From Lama glama (lineage: Eukaryota), in contig CM052816.1 of NCBI GenBank assembly GCA_028534125.1, forward strand, positions 66,218,001-66,282,000: 64,000 nucleotides of DNA. Direction: 5' to 3'. The first letter of the stretch is position 1. Every line of letters starts with the position of its first letter. Positions 52,009-64,000 of this stretch are shown here, in pieces. A program made the position numbers and the translations under genes. The notes under the pieces are model-generated. The model was not told where the DNA came from. It made no database searches and saw nothing but the letters and a program-made list of their open reading frames with translations.

Positions 52009-54589
52009 TATTGTTTTCTTGGTATTTATTTGATGTATGAAGACAAAGGTTGAAATATGACCTCGGATTATTCCCTTAACTCAGGAAAGCTTGGAGATGA
52101 GAAAATATAAGCCCCGTGAGTTCAGAAAGACCCAGAGTTGTGCATATTTCATCTAGAGTGCAATATAAATTAAGGTCAGAAGAATGTTGGGATAACAACC
52201 CAGTTCCTATCCCTTCCAATTCAGAATCCTAACAAGGTATTCCGCTCATTTAAAAGAAAGCATTAATACTAAGTGACTATGGAAAAGTCATTCTGCATTC
52301 TTTGGCCTCAGGATCTTCATCTGTAAAATGAGGCTGCCACACTTTGTACTTAATCTCTGGGGCTGTTGTAGGACAAATATGGTTTTAGGTAGGGTCACGC
52401 TCTACTGTCTAAGTTGCAAACATCTTTTTACAAGTAGAATACATTATTAGTCCCAGCTTGGGCAGCCAGCTGTTCTTCCTAAACCCAACTCAACTCTTCC
52501 TTTCTAATTTCTATAACCTAAATAAATATGAATTTCTTTTTTAAATAAAGAATCTCAAATTTTGTTTCTAGTTCATATCTCAAGGCTGAGGTCCTACACA
52601 GATACATTTCTAACTGAGAGTAAACGGCCTTCCTTTGGTATGTCTATTAGGAGTATGACACATGTTTATTGAATAAATCCTCCTTTGGTGTAATATTTCT
52701 GCGTAAACCTTTTCAGTCATTTGCTGGATTTTATAAAATTTCTTATTTGGGAATGGGTTTTCATCACCTCATTAGGGACTGTCATTTCTTTGCCTGTTAG
52801 AGAGACATATTTCAAGAAAGTGGCTGTTGCCAAGTAATATACATGTGAAAAGATGATTTATTTCTGAATCACTGCAAAAGATCCTTTGGGATTTACTGTT
52901 AATCTCAACAAGATTAATGGACTCAGAAGCAATATGCTGGTCACCATGGTTACTCTACAAATGGCAATTAACTCAGACCTTACCAGTACCAGATCATGGT
53001 TACTAAAAAAAAACAATCTATCATTTGCCTTTTAGTTAAAAACAAAGATGAAACAACACCCCTCTCCCTCTATATTTTTATATATATATATGTATATATA
53101 TATATGTATTTTCTCCTTTTTCAGTTTTATTAGGTAGAATTATTACAGTTTGACTGCACATACACATTATATTGCATGTAAATACATATATATGTACAGT
53201 GTATGGCACATTTCTTTTAGTTTACATATAGGTACTAATTATTGTTTCTAAGAACAGATTAATCTGTAGCTTTTTAAAAAGTTTAGCTATTCCTTAGTTA
53301 TCAAAGGAATAATATTATTTACATATTTTATATGTTTACTCTATAAATATATACGTGGAGAGAGGATTTTGTTGTTTTTGCTTTGTTTTTGTTTTATATT
53401 ATAAGGCAGAGGAAGATGAAGAGTTTCCCATATTTAATACATACATGACTGACCTCTGCACAGAATAAAATAATTTAAGTTAGGAGAGCTATAAACAACT
53501 AAACCAAATCCTGCAATATCTCTATTTCTTTTCCCTTGTTCTGGGTATATAAGTAATTTCCTATGAGTTCAACCTGTTTTCAAAGAGAATAGACTCTTGT
53601 TAGTCTTAATGTTCTGAAAGGCAGCCCACAAATGTACTTCAGTAACCCAAAAAAGCAGTTACCTCCTGGGACCTGATCTGGTCTATATACAGGAAAAATT
53701 AAGCATCAGAGAGAATGACTAGCTCTTCCCCACCCAGTGAATCTCAGACAGATCTTACCGGCAGTCCTGTTCTCAGTTCTGGAAGCTCAGAGTTCTCCTC
53801 AGCATCCATTTCCCTCATTCTCCTCAACATTCAGGAGCCTCAGCTTCCAGCATCTCAGCAGACTTCACATTGTTAAGGAAATTTCCCAGTCTGCTACTGC
53901 TCATCACATAGGATTGGCCCTTCTGTTACTTTTCCACTCATTTAATCATTTATTTATTCAATTTTTCTCAATCCTTAGAGATCTTTTAAAAATTACCTCA
54001 ACTTAAGACAATTAAATCAGAACCTCTAGGGATGTCATCACTGGCATTTAAAAAATAATCTCTCCCAGTGATTTGTATGCACCACTGGGGCTGAGTTTGT
54101 ATGTATCCCTTGGTTGGCTCTCTCCCCATAGCTTTCTTTTCCAGTTTTGAAAACTGTTTATTTCCCATCTAACGCTCAAAGTGTTTGTGGATGGTTTACA
54201 GAGATGCATATAAAATAAAACATATATACCAAATATTTTTTAAAATGAGAGAGTAGTAATAAGGAGAGTAAAATAAAAACATAATGAAACCCAAAGATTT
54301 ACATATGCTATAAATGCTAATAGGTAACTTAGGAAGTTGAGGAGCTAAGCTTTTCATACGTACATTAATTCACTTAATAAAGGAGTTAAAAAAGTATCCT
54401 CAAATTAATGTTCTCCAGTATTTCATACCTTTCATTATTTAAAGAAATAGGTTTACAATTTTGGGTAAAATTGTTACATTCTCATTAGAAATTCTAATAA
54501 GAGAAAAAGCTAATGTGAAAAATCAAAATCAGAAATCTCATTCCCTCCAGATAACCACCATTAACATCTTGGTGAAAATCCTACAGCAG

Positions 54590-54900
54590 ACTGTATTACT
54601 GACCTCACTGAGTCATCACCTTCTGCCCTGTAGGTGGACTGTATTTCTCTACCCTCCTGGCTTTGGACTGGGCCAAGTGAATTGCTTTGGCCAATGGAAC
54701 ATGAGGAGATTTGATATGAGCCACTGGTGAGCAATAGGCATCAGAGGTGTTGTGAGTTTCATCAGCCCTTTAAGCATTCTTGCTCTTCATCATGGGAAGA
54801 GCCCATCCCACAAACTGCCAGCCTGTCCTAGGAATGAGAAGCCAGGAGGAGCCCAGCTGAGTTCCACAGAGTTCAGCAAATCTCAGCCAAACCTAGAAGA
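54590..54900 (+). mobile_element. MaLR (MLT1-like) LTR fragment
   Basis: GGACTGGGCCAAGTGAATTGCTTTGGCCAATGGAA motif typical of MLT1 LTRs. Confidence 0.6.
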
Positions 54901-54964
54901 GCCCAGTTTAACATAACACCCATCATATAGTTTGGCATTCCTTTCTCACTTCATCTCTTGCTAC

Positions 54965-55580
54965 TGTTAGAGCAGGCAGAGAGCTAGATATGAGCAGAGA
55001 AAGAGGGGCACAGGCCAGATGGCAGGAAACCACACATCTTGTGAAAAACAGGGGTCCTTGGGCAGACAGAGAAAAACAAGAAACTCCAGACTGCTAAGAA
55101 ATTACACATTTTGGTTTGACAAGTGTCCTGGAGGCAGACAAAGATAAGTGAGGTAAACACAGGAATCTCCAGTGTCTGAATGTAATGAATGTAACCTCAT
55201 TTCCTCATTATGCCCTCATTACAATAAAATTAGCCTTGCAGATCAGAATTACCCATCATGCACCAATGCCATGACACTTCTGAACAAGATTAAATAAGGA
55301 CAAAATTCCCTCCTCCCCTTGGGAATGTGGAACTGGGACAGAAATCAGGGACTATGACCCCAAACCCCTACCTCTCCAATGACTATTTCATCCATTCATT
55401 TTTACACTCCATATAACCAGCTTGCCAAAAACTCAGTGCAGCTACTCACCTGAGTCTGCCTGCTCACTCCTTGAGAGTATACTATCACCTAATAATAAAT
55501 CCTCACTTTGCTTTCTTGACCTCTGAGTCTTGTCTTTGAATCCTTTCTGTGATGAGACATGAACCTATTCGCCAATAACA
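54965..55580 (+). mobile_element. Complete solo LTR (ERV1 class), 616 bp
   Basis: TGTTA...TAACA termini; 4-bp TSD CTAC at 54961-54964 and 55581-55584; TATA-like CATATAA at 55410; AATAAA at 55494-55499. Confidence 0.92.
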
Positions 55581-58369
55581 CTACCCTTCCTCCTCCCAAC
55601 TCTGGTATAACCTTACTAATTTCTTTGAATTTCTCAAACATGCTGCATTTTTTCAACAAGTAGGAGTTATCACTATGGGTGGTTCTAGGTTTTAAAGGCC
55701 TAAAACTAATAAAAACATGAGGGCTCAATTTAAGGGGAAAATGCAAATTAGAAATACAGAATTAGGTATAGGGCAATTGGTAGCAGATGCTGGTGGTGCT
55801 CTGCCCCTATCACCCAGCCTTGCCACTTCTGCACTGGCTGGATGACTTCCAACAGCCAGTATCTGCAGCTCTTGGCCTTAAAGTCTTCTTTGAAGCAATG
55901 GAAGGTCCCTTTGCCCACCAGGGAAGGTTGAATGTGACTGAATGTGGCAAAAATTCCTAAGAAGTCTAGTGGGTAGAGAATATAAGCATCAAATAAAACA
56001 GCATAAAGGAGAATCACCATCGTATGTGATACCAGCCAGCACCCTACCACATCCCTTTCAGGACGTGATAGCAGAGTTCTTCCATGGCCTTTGACATCCT
56101 GACCATGTCCTTGGTACAGAAAGGCAAGTGTTGGTTCCTTGGCAGCCTGCAAAAGCCATCTGTGTGATGAGTTATTCATTCCAGCCTGTAGGAGGCATGT
56201 TTTCCTTCCTGCTCCAGCACCAACGATCAGGATGAGGCTACTTGGGGAGTAACTTAGCACCTGACATCATTGAATAGTTTCTCTGGAGGGTCCTTGTCCA
56301 ACTCCTTCATTTTGTAGACAACAAAGCTGAGACTCAAGATGTGCAGTAGCATCTTAATGGAGATGATGCAATTACCTAGTGGCTGCTGTGGGCCTATATC
56401 CTGATGCTCCCCCTGCCTGATGGTCTACAACATGCTGTCTGCTCCACAGGGAGGAGAAGTGACCACCTTCTACTGAATGTGAAAGTTGGTAAGAAATTCA
56501 TCTGCTGAACAGTTCATTTTTTTTTTCAAAAATAAAAATATGTCTCCTGGGGAAACTGAAATGCCCCAAATCTCCATATATATGAGTATCATTAGGCTAT
56601 GTGTGGCCATGAGCAGAAATGTATGGGTCTGAAGGATCTGTCTGACCCTCCTCTCTGCAGGCTGTCTGTTGCTGAGAGCCAAGAGTAAGCACGTATTCCA
56701 AGAACTCAAGAAGCAGCCATCTTGATCAGCGGGGTTCTGGAACCACCTTGGACCACATCAAATTCTACACTGTTAGTCTAAAATCAACCTTAGGCCGTTT
56801 TTCATCATGCCTCTGTTTATCATTTCTCATCTTTGATTTTATAAAATGTCAAATTCTATTTTTTTAATCCATATGTGTGTAGGAACAATTGGGCATCTCT
56901 CATCTATGCAGGAAAGAAAAACAACAACTAGGTAGAGAAAGCACCACTCTCTGGGAAAACAGACAGACTCCCATTCTGCCCTCTTCCATGGGCGGAATGA
57001 AGTCTGACCCAGGAAAGGCGCAGACATTCCTAGGCTCTAGGATGCCTGGATCATTCTTCCACAACTGCCAAGGCCAACGTCATACTAATCGAAATATCCT
57101 TTTCTCAAAGACAAGACTGCATTGTCCCTGGAGAAATGTATGGTCTTTGATAAGATTTCTTGCTTCTTAGCTGAAGGATGAGCTGAACTTAGACTCTAAC
57201 ATCTGCTCTGCCCTCACTCAGTCATCAGAACCTTCTCTTTCCCCTTGGTCACGCAGGGGGCTGAGCAGAGGCAAACCAAAGCCTGGGCACTAAGGTGTAC
57301 AAGACATCAAGACAAAACCAAGGAGTGGGGAATGTCTCCTCCTGTGGGGAAGGTGGGTTTCCACGACGGGGAGGAGACCACAAGTCTGTGGGACTTTGCA
57401 AGTGGGAGATACAGAGAAAGGAGAAGTGGGTATTAAGAGAAGATAAAGAAAAGGAGAAATACCCTCTACGCCTGTCTGAAGCCTAGGACCGTGAAACGTC
57501 CATTCCAGGCAGGAAAATGAAACTGGATACAATCATATCCTCTATTCCTCTAACGCTAGACTACTCTTCCGAGACCCCACTGGCAGGAAAATCGTGAAAC
57601 ACTTTGAAGTGAGCAAAAAAAGATGACTGGGAATCTTGCCTAGCGCACCTCTCCAGGTCATCTCTTGCTTTTTATCAGCTTTGAGCTATTTTACAACTCT
57701 GTAAGTGGAAGAAAATGAATAAATACTACAGATGAGTTCCTGCCAAGAGAAAATAGACATATAAATGACTTGTGCCTGGTGGAATGTAACTGATCATTGC
57801 CCTATGGATATTCACCTCTTTTGCAACTACCGGTAAATTGGTTCCAGCATTCTTGATTGCCTCCCCACTCCCTTGAACCCTGGCAGCACTTACTGGTTCC
57901 ATCATTAATTGCTGAGTCAAGCAAAATCTTTGACATTTTCATCTTATATTTGGATAAGACTTGTGATTTTATCTTATTTTAAAAAGAAGTTAACCACAAC
58001 AACTTAACTGATGGAAGGAAGGCTTGTGTCTAGAATGACTAGGCAATCTGGACTTGAGAAAGGGAAGTAACCATGGTGACCACAGTGGATACTTAACCAT
58101 CTAATGCGTCATTAGGTGTAACGAGCACAGGAACCAGCAAGAGCAGAGACCCAAGGGAGGCAGCAGTGAGAAATATCCCAGTCATGTGAGTCAGACTAAA
58201 TGCCTTCAATGTCCCCTAACGTTAGCAAGGACACCTTCTGAGATAGAGAAAACTCTAGTCCTTACTACCCCACATGTGACGTACCGATCTCTCTGATGGT
58301 ATAATAAAAAAGTGGATAATACTACACGTAAAATGTAAACAGAAAACAATAAATTAACAATAATAAAAC

Positions 58370-58510
58370 AGTGGCTTCATTTATTTAACCCTTTATGTCA
58401 GGCAATGGTGCTAAGTCCTCTACATTTATTATCATCTCATTTAATCCCTGCAACACTGTCAAGGCGGATACCATCATTTTCCCCATTTTGCAGATGAAGA
58501 AATTACAAAA
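58370..58510. mobile_element. MIR SINE fragment
   Basis: ATCTCATTTAATCC...CCCCATTTTGCAGATGAAGAAA. Confidence 0.7.
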
Positions 58511-59137
58511 TGAACACCTGTTAAGGGTAAATTACCAGAAACACTAAGCTAATACACAGCAATTGAAATGCAAACCTTTCCACTGGAGAAGGAGCTCAAA
58601 GTCCCAAATTCTAGCTTTTGAACCTAATTCAGAAAACCCAGAGCAATTCTCTCAGCTTCCTTCAATCTCTGCTGAGAGAGGAGAACAAAGCCTACTATTA
58701 TTTTCACCAGATTTTCATGAAGATCAGCAGGAAAATGTCCATGAAAGAGTTTGGGAGACCACAGAGTGATATATGAGTGAAAGGTATTATTATTATTACC
58801 AGCAAACTGATATTATTAAGTATCCACATGACATTGATCTGTTAGCTCAAAATCATTCTCTAAACAATCCTCACTGTGATTTTCCTTTGCTGTTTTGTCA
58901 CCTCTCATTAGAAAAAGTGAAAGTGCAAGAAAAACAAACAAAAATAAAACACTGACCGACTGATTCTATTTCAGCCTAACAAATGTATCAGCAGTTTTGC
59001 GAGGGGCTGGGGACACGGCAGGAGGAAAGGTACAGCCTCTGCTCTCAGCAAACTGTGGGCTGACCTGCAAACAGACCCAAGTCAGCAGGTGTTTATCCAA
59101 CAACTACTGTGCCCAGGACTCCCATGGCTGCAGCATG

Positions 59138-59308
59138 CAGTGCTGCTTTTTGAAGCTGAGCGCTCATCAGAATCCCCTGCGTCCTGAGTCCCACTCCAAC
59201 ACATGTTGATCCGAGAGGGCTGAGGCAGGGCCTGAGATTGGGCATTTCTAAGAAGCGCACAGGTGATGTTAATGCTGCTGGTTTTCAGACCACACTGTGA
59301 GCAGCACT
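59138..59308. mobile_element. MER5A-like hAT-Charlie MITE
   Basis: CATCAGAATCCCCTG...GGGCCTGAGATTGGGCATTTCTAAGAAG...CAGGTGATGTTAATGCTGCTGG...ACCACACT. Confidence 0.75.
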
Positions 59309-62300
59309 TCAGTGGTGAGGGGGTGGGGAGAAAGAAGTAGGACCTGGCCACTGTCCTCAGGCTGCTACATTCACTAGAGAGAACAGGCCAAAGTTAATGG
59401 TAAGATAAGCAAGCTAAGTGAGGGCCCCTCCAAAGGGAAGGTTGTGGTGGCGGTTCCAGCTGCATGGGGGCTGACGGAACTGGGAAGGGATAAGGACCAG
59501 AGGCCAGACTTCTGGGAAGTAGAGGGGGTGTGGCAGGTGCAGGATAGAGGACAGCATGCTGGTGGGTCCTTAAATATTTTGAAGTCTAACAATTTAATCT
59601 CCATGTCAGAGAAATGCATAGACTGACACAGAGGACCACAGTGCTAGAATGGGGTCAGGGTCTCCGGGGTGAAGAGTTGGAGGAGGCTTTCAGGGGGGAT
59701 GAGGAGCTGAGGCTGGCTGGGGCCTCCAGGCTGGCAGAGGTGGTGGGGACACAGTGCAGGGAGGGTGGTTGAGGACTGACCCTTGGGCCTGACATCAGTG
59801 TTCCCTTACGGGAGTTGAGCTCAGACTACCCTCCTGGATGGTGAGACATCAGGGGTGTGGGTAAGGGGCCATCCGAGATAGCCTCGAGTTTGGGGGAGGG
59901 GGAAGGGCAGACAAGGCCTTGGTGGCGCCATGTTGGTGGGGTCAAATTCCAGAAGTCCACCGTTCAAGCAAGCGAGGAGGGCAAACTACAACTGATGTGT
60001 AAGAGCAATACATCAACTAAAGGAAGATACATCTCGTGCTCGTTACACGTGTTCTGGAAGTTCACATCTGCCTTCAACTCCCGCTTTAGGAGAAACTACC
60101 CAGCAGCACAATGCTTCTTGAGAAGCTCATTTTAGGCCATATTCATTACATACCAAATTAAAGCAAAACACTGATGAACTCTAACACATACATACACACA
60201 CATACACAGAGAATGCACACACAAAGAGGACTTGGGTATCAACAAACGCACTTCTGTTTCTTGACCACTAATTTCTAGAAGCATCAGTCACTTGCTTATT
60301 TGTTCTCCCATACATTTCTTGCCCTTCCCACGCTGTGCTCTGTATGGCAGGAGGCTGACCCTCACATGAGTGTTTCCCAGGCTGTCTTGCAGCTGGTTTC
60401 CAATAGGAGTCTCCATTGGGAGACTGGAGAGGCAGGAGGGCAGAGCCCAGGGTCCCTCTGCCCTACCTGGAGCACAGCCTCTCTGCAAGAGGCGGCAGCT
60501 CTATGCGCAGTTGTAGCTCTTAGTAGGTGGTGGTCCCAGTTTGTGGCCTTCAGAAACACCACCTCAAACCCCAGTAGTTGATCATCTCTGGACAGTCTCA
60601 GTGCCCCTCGTTATCTGGGATTGGACTCTCTGTTGAACAACCTGGCCAAGGTCTGTTTTCTGGGCTGAATCCTCAGTAACACATTGTGTTAACATTGGAA
60701 TTGTTTTTCATTCAGGAAACAAACCTGGATGCTACTTTGTGGTTCAGAAGTCTGGGCTGCCTCATTTCTCCCACTACTGTAGAGGTGTCCTCTGCCACAC
60801 ATACTTTGGTAAATAATAAAGTTAACATAGCTAGATTCTCCCATTGTAATTTGTCAACTCCAGAAAGACCAGACTGAGCTAAATGGGTATATGCTGTCAG
60901 CTGCGAGAACACGGAAGGCTACGTACTAGGATTTACTTACTATGCAGTGGGCATTATCCAGTAAAATAAATGAGAGAAGAGAAAAATTAAATTATCTATA
61001 AGGAGAAATAATAGTACATGTAGAAAGATACAGGCTATGTTAAACAAAAGCATTGTAGTCAAAATTCTAAAACCCTAGGCTTCCTGAGCTATCTGAAATA
61101 ACTTCAGCTGCTTCTGGCAAAACCACATGACTTGTAAATAACAAAACATGATATAGCATTTCTTGAGAATCTGACATCCCGGTGCATAGAGGAAAGCTGC
61201 GGACAGAATAAGCATCCTTGCCCAACTCCAAGGGAGAAAACAAGGTGCTCAAAGGTGAATTTAATTACAAGGGAACTGGATCTCTGTCTCAGCAAATAAA
61301 ACTAATACTTTGAATCGGGTGACTGAAGGGTTTGTCTCCCCTCACTATTTTAGGTTGATCTGGTAAGAAAACCTATGAGGCAAATCTTCTGCAGTTAGAT
61401 AGCAAAGTAAGTGGCCCAAGAGTTCTTTCCAATGTGCAATTTCTTTGACTTGTAACACAATTCAGTAATTTATAATGAAACGAATGATAGAATTACATTG
61501 AAGTGTGGCTACTCATATTTAGTTTGTATTAGATTCAGACTTTAATCACTTAAGAAAGCATTTTGTTCACTGAATTATTTTTGGCTACACGAGGGACTCT
61601 CTACTTCCTCACTGTGGTCTGCTTTTATTTGGACTATTATTTTAAAATATTATAGCCATATGATAGCCGTAACCAGAGAGTTCTCGAGTTTCCTTTGATA
61701 CTAGCAACATCATTAATTTTCCTGCTTTCTAGACTCAGAATTTCAGCAATCAGGTTCTTAAATATTCTACAAGAGCAAACATCTCCAATTTCATGTACCA
61801 TATTTGATGATCATGGCTTTCCTGTATCCTCCATGCGTTTGTTTTTCTACAAGATAATGTTACCAGCTTCTCTAGCAAATGGCATTCTGGCAGGAAAAAT
61901 AGTAGGGGCAAAAGGCCAGAAAAATCAAAGTATGTGATGCGCCCAAGGAATGTTAATAACCCAGTGTCACTGGAACACTGTATGAATGGAAGGGAATATT
62001 AAATTCTGTGGGGTAGAATGATTTCTTTTTGAGTTTGAAATATTTCATTTTAACCAAAAAATTGTTTCTTCTCTGATAAGAATTGAAGGCTATCCTTTGA
62101 GAACTGTGGCTTCCCCTGAAAAAGGGACTTTTGACTTCAAAATATCACTGAAGAATTTGTGCCTGAAGTGTCCTTGGAGGCAGAACTTTGATAAAAGAAA
62201 GAGAAGTCTCTAGTTTGAGAAGCTCTTTTTGTTAGAATAAAAGCATAGTAGAAACAAGTTAAAAAGTTAGAACTATATGACCCTTGAATCTTAGCATTTT

Positions 62301-62971
62301 TCAAAGTTAGTTATGGGCAGGGATGAGCAATGTAAGAATTGCAGACACTATAGAAAAGCCCCAAATCCATATTTGCCCCCAAACTGAACTGAACCTCAAG
62401 CATGAGTGTCACCTTGTGGCTGTGAGCTCTCAAGGGGAAGACAGTCACCATCAGTCAGAAAAGTCCTGCTTCCCAACTGCAGTGACCATCCAACGACACC
62501 CTTTTGGCCTGACATGCCATCTTAAAAAGCACATTATACCAGAAAAAGCAAGAAGCGAAAAGTATCTAATAGATACAGTCTTATTACCCAGGAAAATTTG
62601 AGATGCAAATGAAAGTAATCCTTTCTAAAAGAAAAATGGCTCACAGCAAAGTACTTCATTTTCCCATCCTGCAGAAGTGAGGTGCTAACATCACCACTAA
62701 GCTGTTCCGGTTGGTTCGAAGATGCTACTATTCAAATCTTGCTACAGCATCTATATAACTCCAATTCCTCCGCTCTACTGGTGCCTCATCACCCCACTAC
62801 CCACCTGCCATTAATACTGGCACATGAAGTAGTTGATTTCTGCCCAGTGAGTCCACTGAGATGAAAGCCTTGGTTTATTTGAATAGACATTGGCCAAAAG
62901 TACAGGGATTCATTGTAGCCTCACTCCTGTTTGAAAAACACAAGCAATGGGCTTCCATCCAATGATTCTAA

Positions 62972-63193
62972 CAGTGGTTCTTGACTAGGGGTGATGTCCC
63001 CCTGGTGATGTATGGCACTATCTGGGCGAAATTTTTGACTGTCATGGCTAGTGGAAGGAGGTGCTACAGCATCTAGCAAATAGAGGCCAGAGATGTTGCT
63101 AAATATCCTTCAATGCACAGGACATCTGCCCCCTTCTCCAACAGAGAATTATTGGACCCAAAATGTCAATAGTATCATGGCGGAGAAACCCTG
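62972..63193. mobile_element. MER20-like hAT-Charlie MITE
   Basis: CAGTGGTTCT...GAGGCCAGAGATGTTGCTAAATATCCT...CCAAAATGTCAATAGT...GAGAAACCCTG. Confidence 0.85.
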
Positions 63194-63719
63194 CTTCAAC
63201 AGACCAAGGGATTTATCTTCTTAAATAACCACCCCACTAGGGAGTTTGTGCTTTACCTGAGTATGGAGCCAGAGTACTGGAGTCTGATTCCAAATGACTC
63301 CAAGCTAGCTACTCAGGTTGCTTTGAAGAAGCACAAGCAATAAGCAATACCTGAACGCTTACAGCTATTGCTTTACTGAAAAAGTTTAAAGGACACATAT
63401 TCAAAATGCCATTGGGAATTGACTTTTTCAATAGGATGATTCTTTTTGATGGGGTGGCATTTTTCAGATTCAATAGCAACATGCTAACCTTGGATTATTC
63501 TGGGACCGCAAGACCTGTGACTAGTTAGAACAAGTTTAAACTTTCAACCTCCTTCTTGGGGTTGACCAGAGTTTTCAATACCCTTTTATCACTCAGCATA
63601 TCCAAGACAATCAGATCCTCACTCAGTCTCTTTATCTCCCTCCCCCCCAAAACTGAGGCAATGGTTGCCTGTGCTTTTTCTTTCTCCTTAGACTGACCAC
63701 AATGGCTAGCTTTTTTTTT

Positions 63720-63950
63720 TTTTCAAAGCACTTACCATGTGCTGTGAGCTTTTAATAGGATCTTACATGTTTGGTCTGATTTAATACTCAAAAGGACCCC
63801 ATGGGACAGGACTAATGCTATCCCCATTGTACAGGCTAGTAAAATGAGGCAGAGGGAGTTGAAGCATCTTGCCTAGAATTGCACAGCTAATAAATGGTGG
63901 TATGGGAAACAAACCTAGGGGGTTAGGCTCTAGAGTTGGCACTCCTCACA
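63720..63950. mobile_element. MIR SINE
   Basis: TATCCCCATTGTACAGGCTAGTAAAATGAGGCAGAGGGAGTTGAAGCATCTTGCCTAG...CACAGCTAATAAATGG. Confidence 0.7.
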
Positions 63951-64000
63951 CCTATGTAAACATTTAGTCCAGGAGATTATTCTCTCTCCTGACTGTATCA

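Noticed and set aside
55748..56260. 170-aa minus-strand ORF
   Set aside because: Non-ATG start, no recognisable motifs, and not part of the Rab3 protein; likely chance.
57334..57378. Hairpin GTCTCCTCC...GGAGGAGAC as a miRNA or structured RNA
   Set aside because: Only a 9-bp perfect stem with irregular extension; too short for a pre-miRNA and expected by chance in 64 kb.
48753..64000. Upstream RAB3C exon (…YYRGAMGF…)
   Set aside because: Not found in the ORF track or by eye; it presumably lies beyond the window end.

Overview
Mammalian genomic DNA, probably a camelid (inferred from the L1 3' UTR style and the apparent absence of ruminant, pig, whale, primate and carnivore SINEs). It covers the 3' part of RAB3C on the minus strand: a 125-bp internal coding exon (48628-48752), the last coding exon (2966-3153, ending in the CxC prenylation motif), part of the 3' UTR, a 45,474-bp last intron and part of the preceding intron. 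The last intron is dense in transposable elements, nearly all antisense to RAB3C: a decayed class I provirus with epsilon-like gag/pol motifs (5' LTR, degenerate tRNA-Arg PBS, gag/pro/RT/IN/env remnants, no 3' LTR), a full-length old L1 with an 18-bp TSD and a nested Tigger, a near full-length L1 with a nested younger L1, and several truncated L1s. A solo LTR and small DNA transposons lie in the upstream intron. I found no convincing new biological system. The best leads are the ERV architecture, an apparent ~100-bp target-site duplication, a twin-primed or scrambled L1, and candidate cryptic RAB3C processing signals. Repeat family names are from recognition, not database searches.
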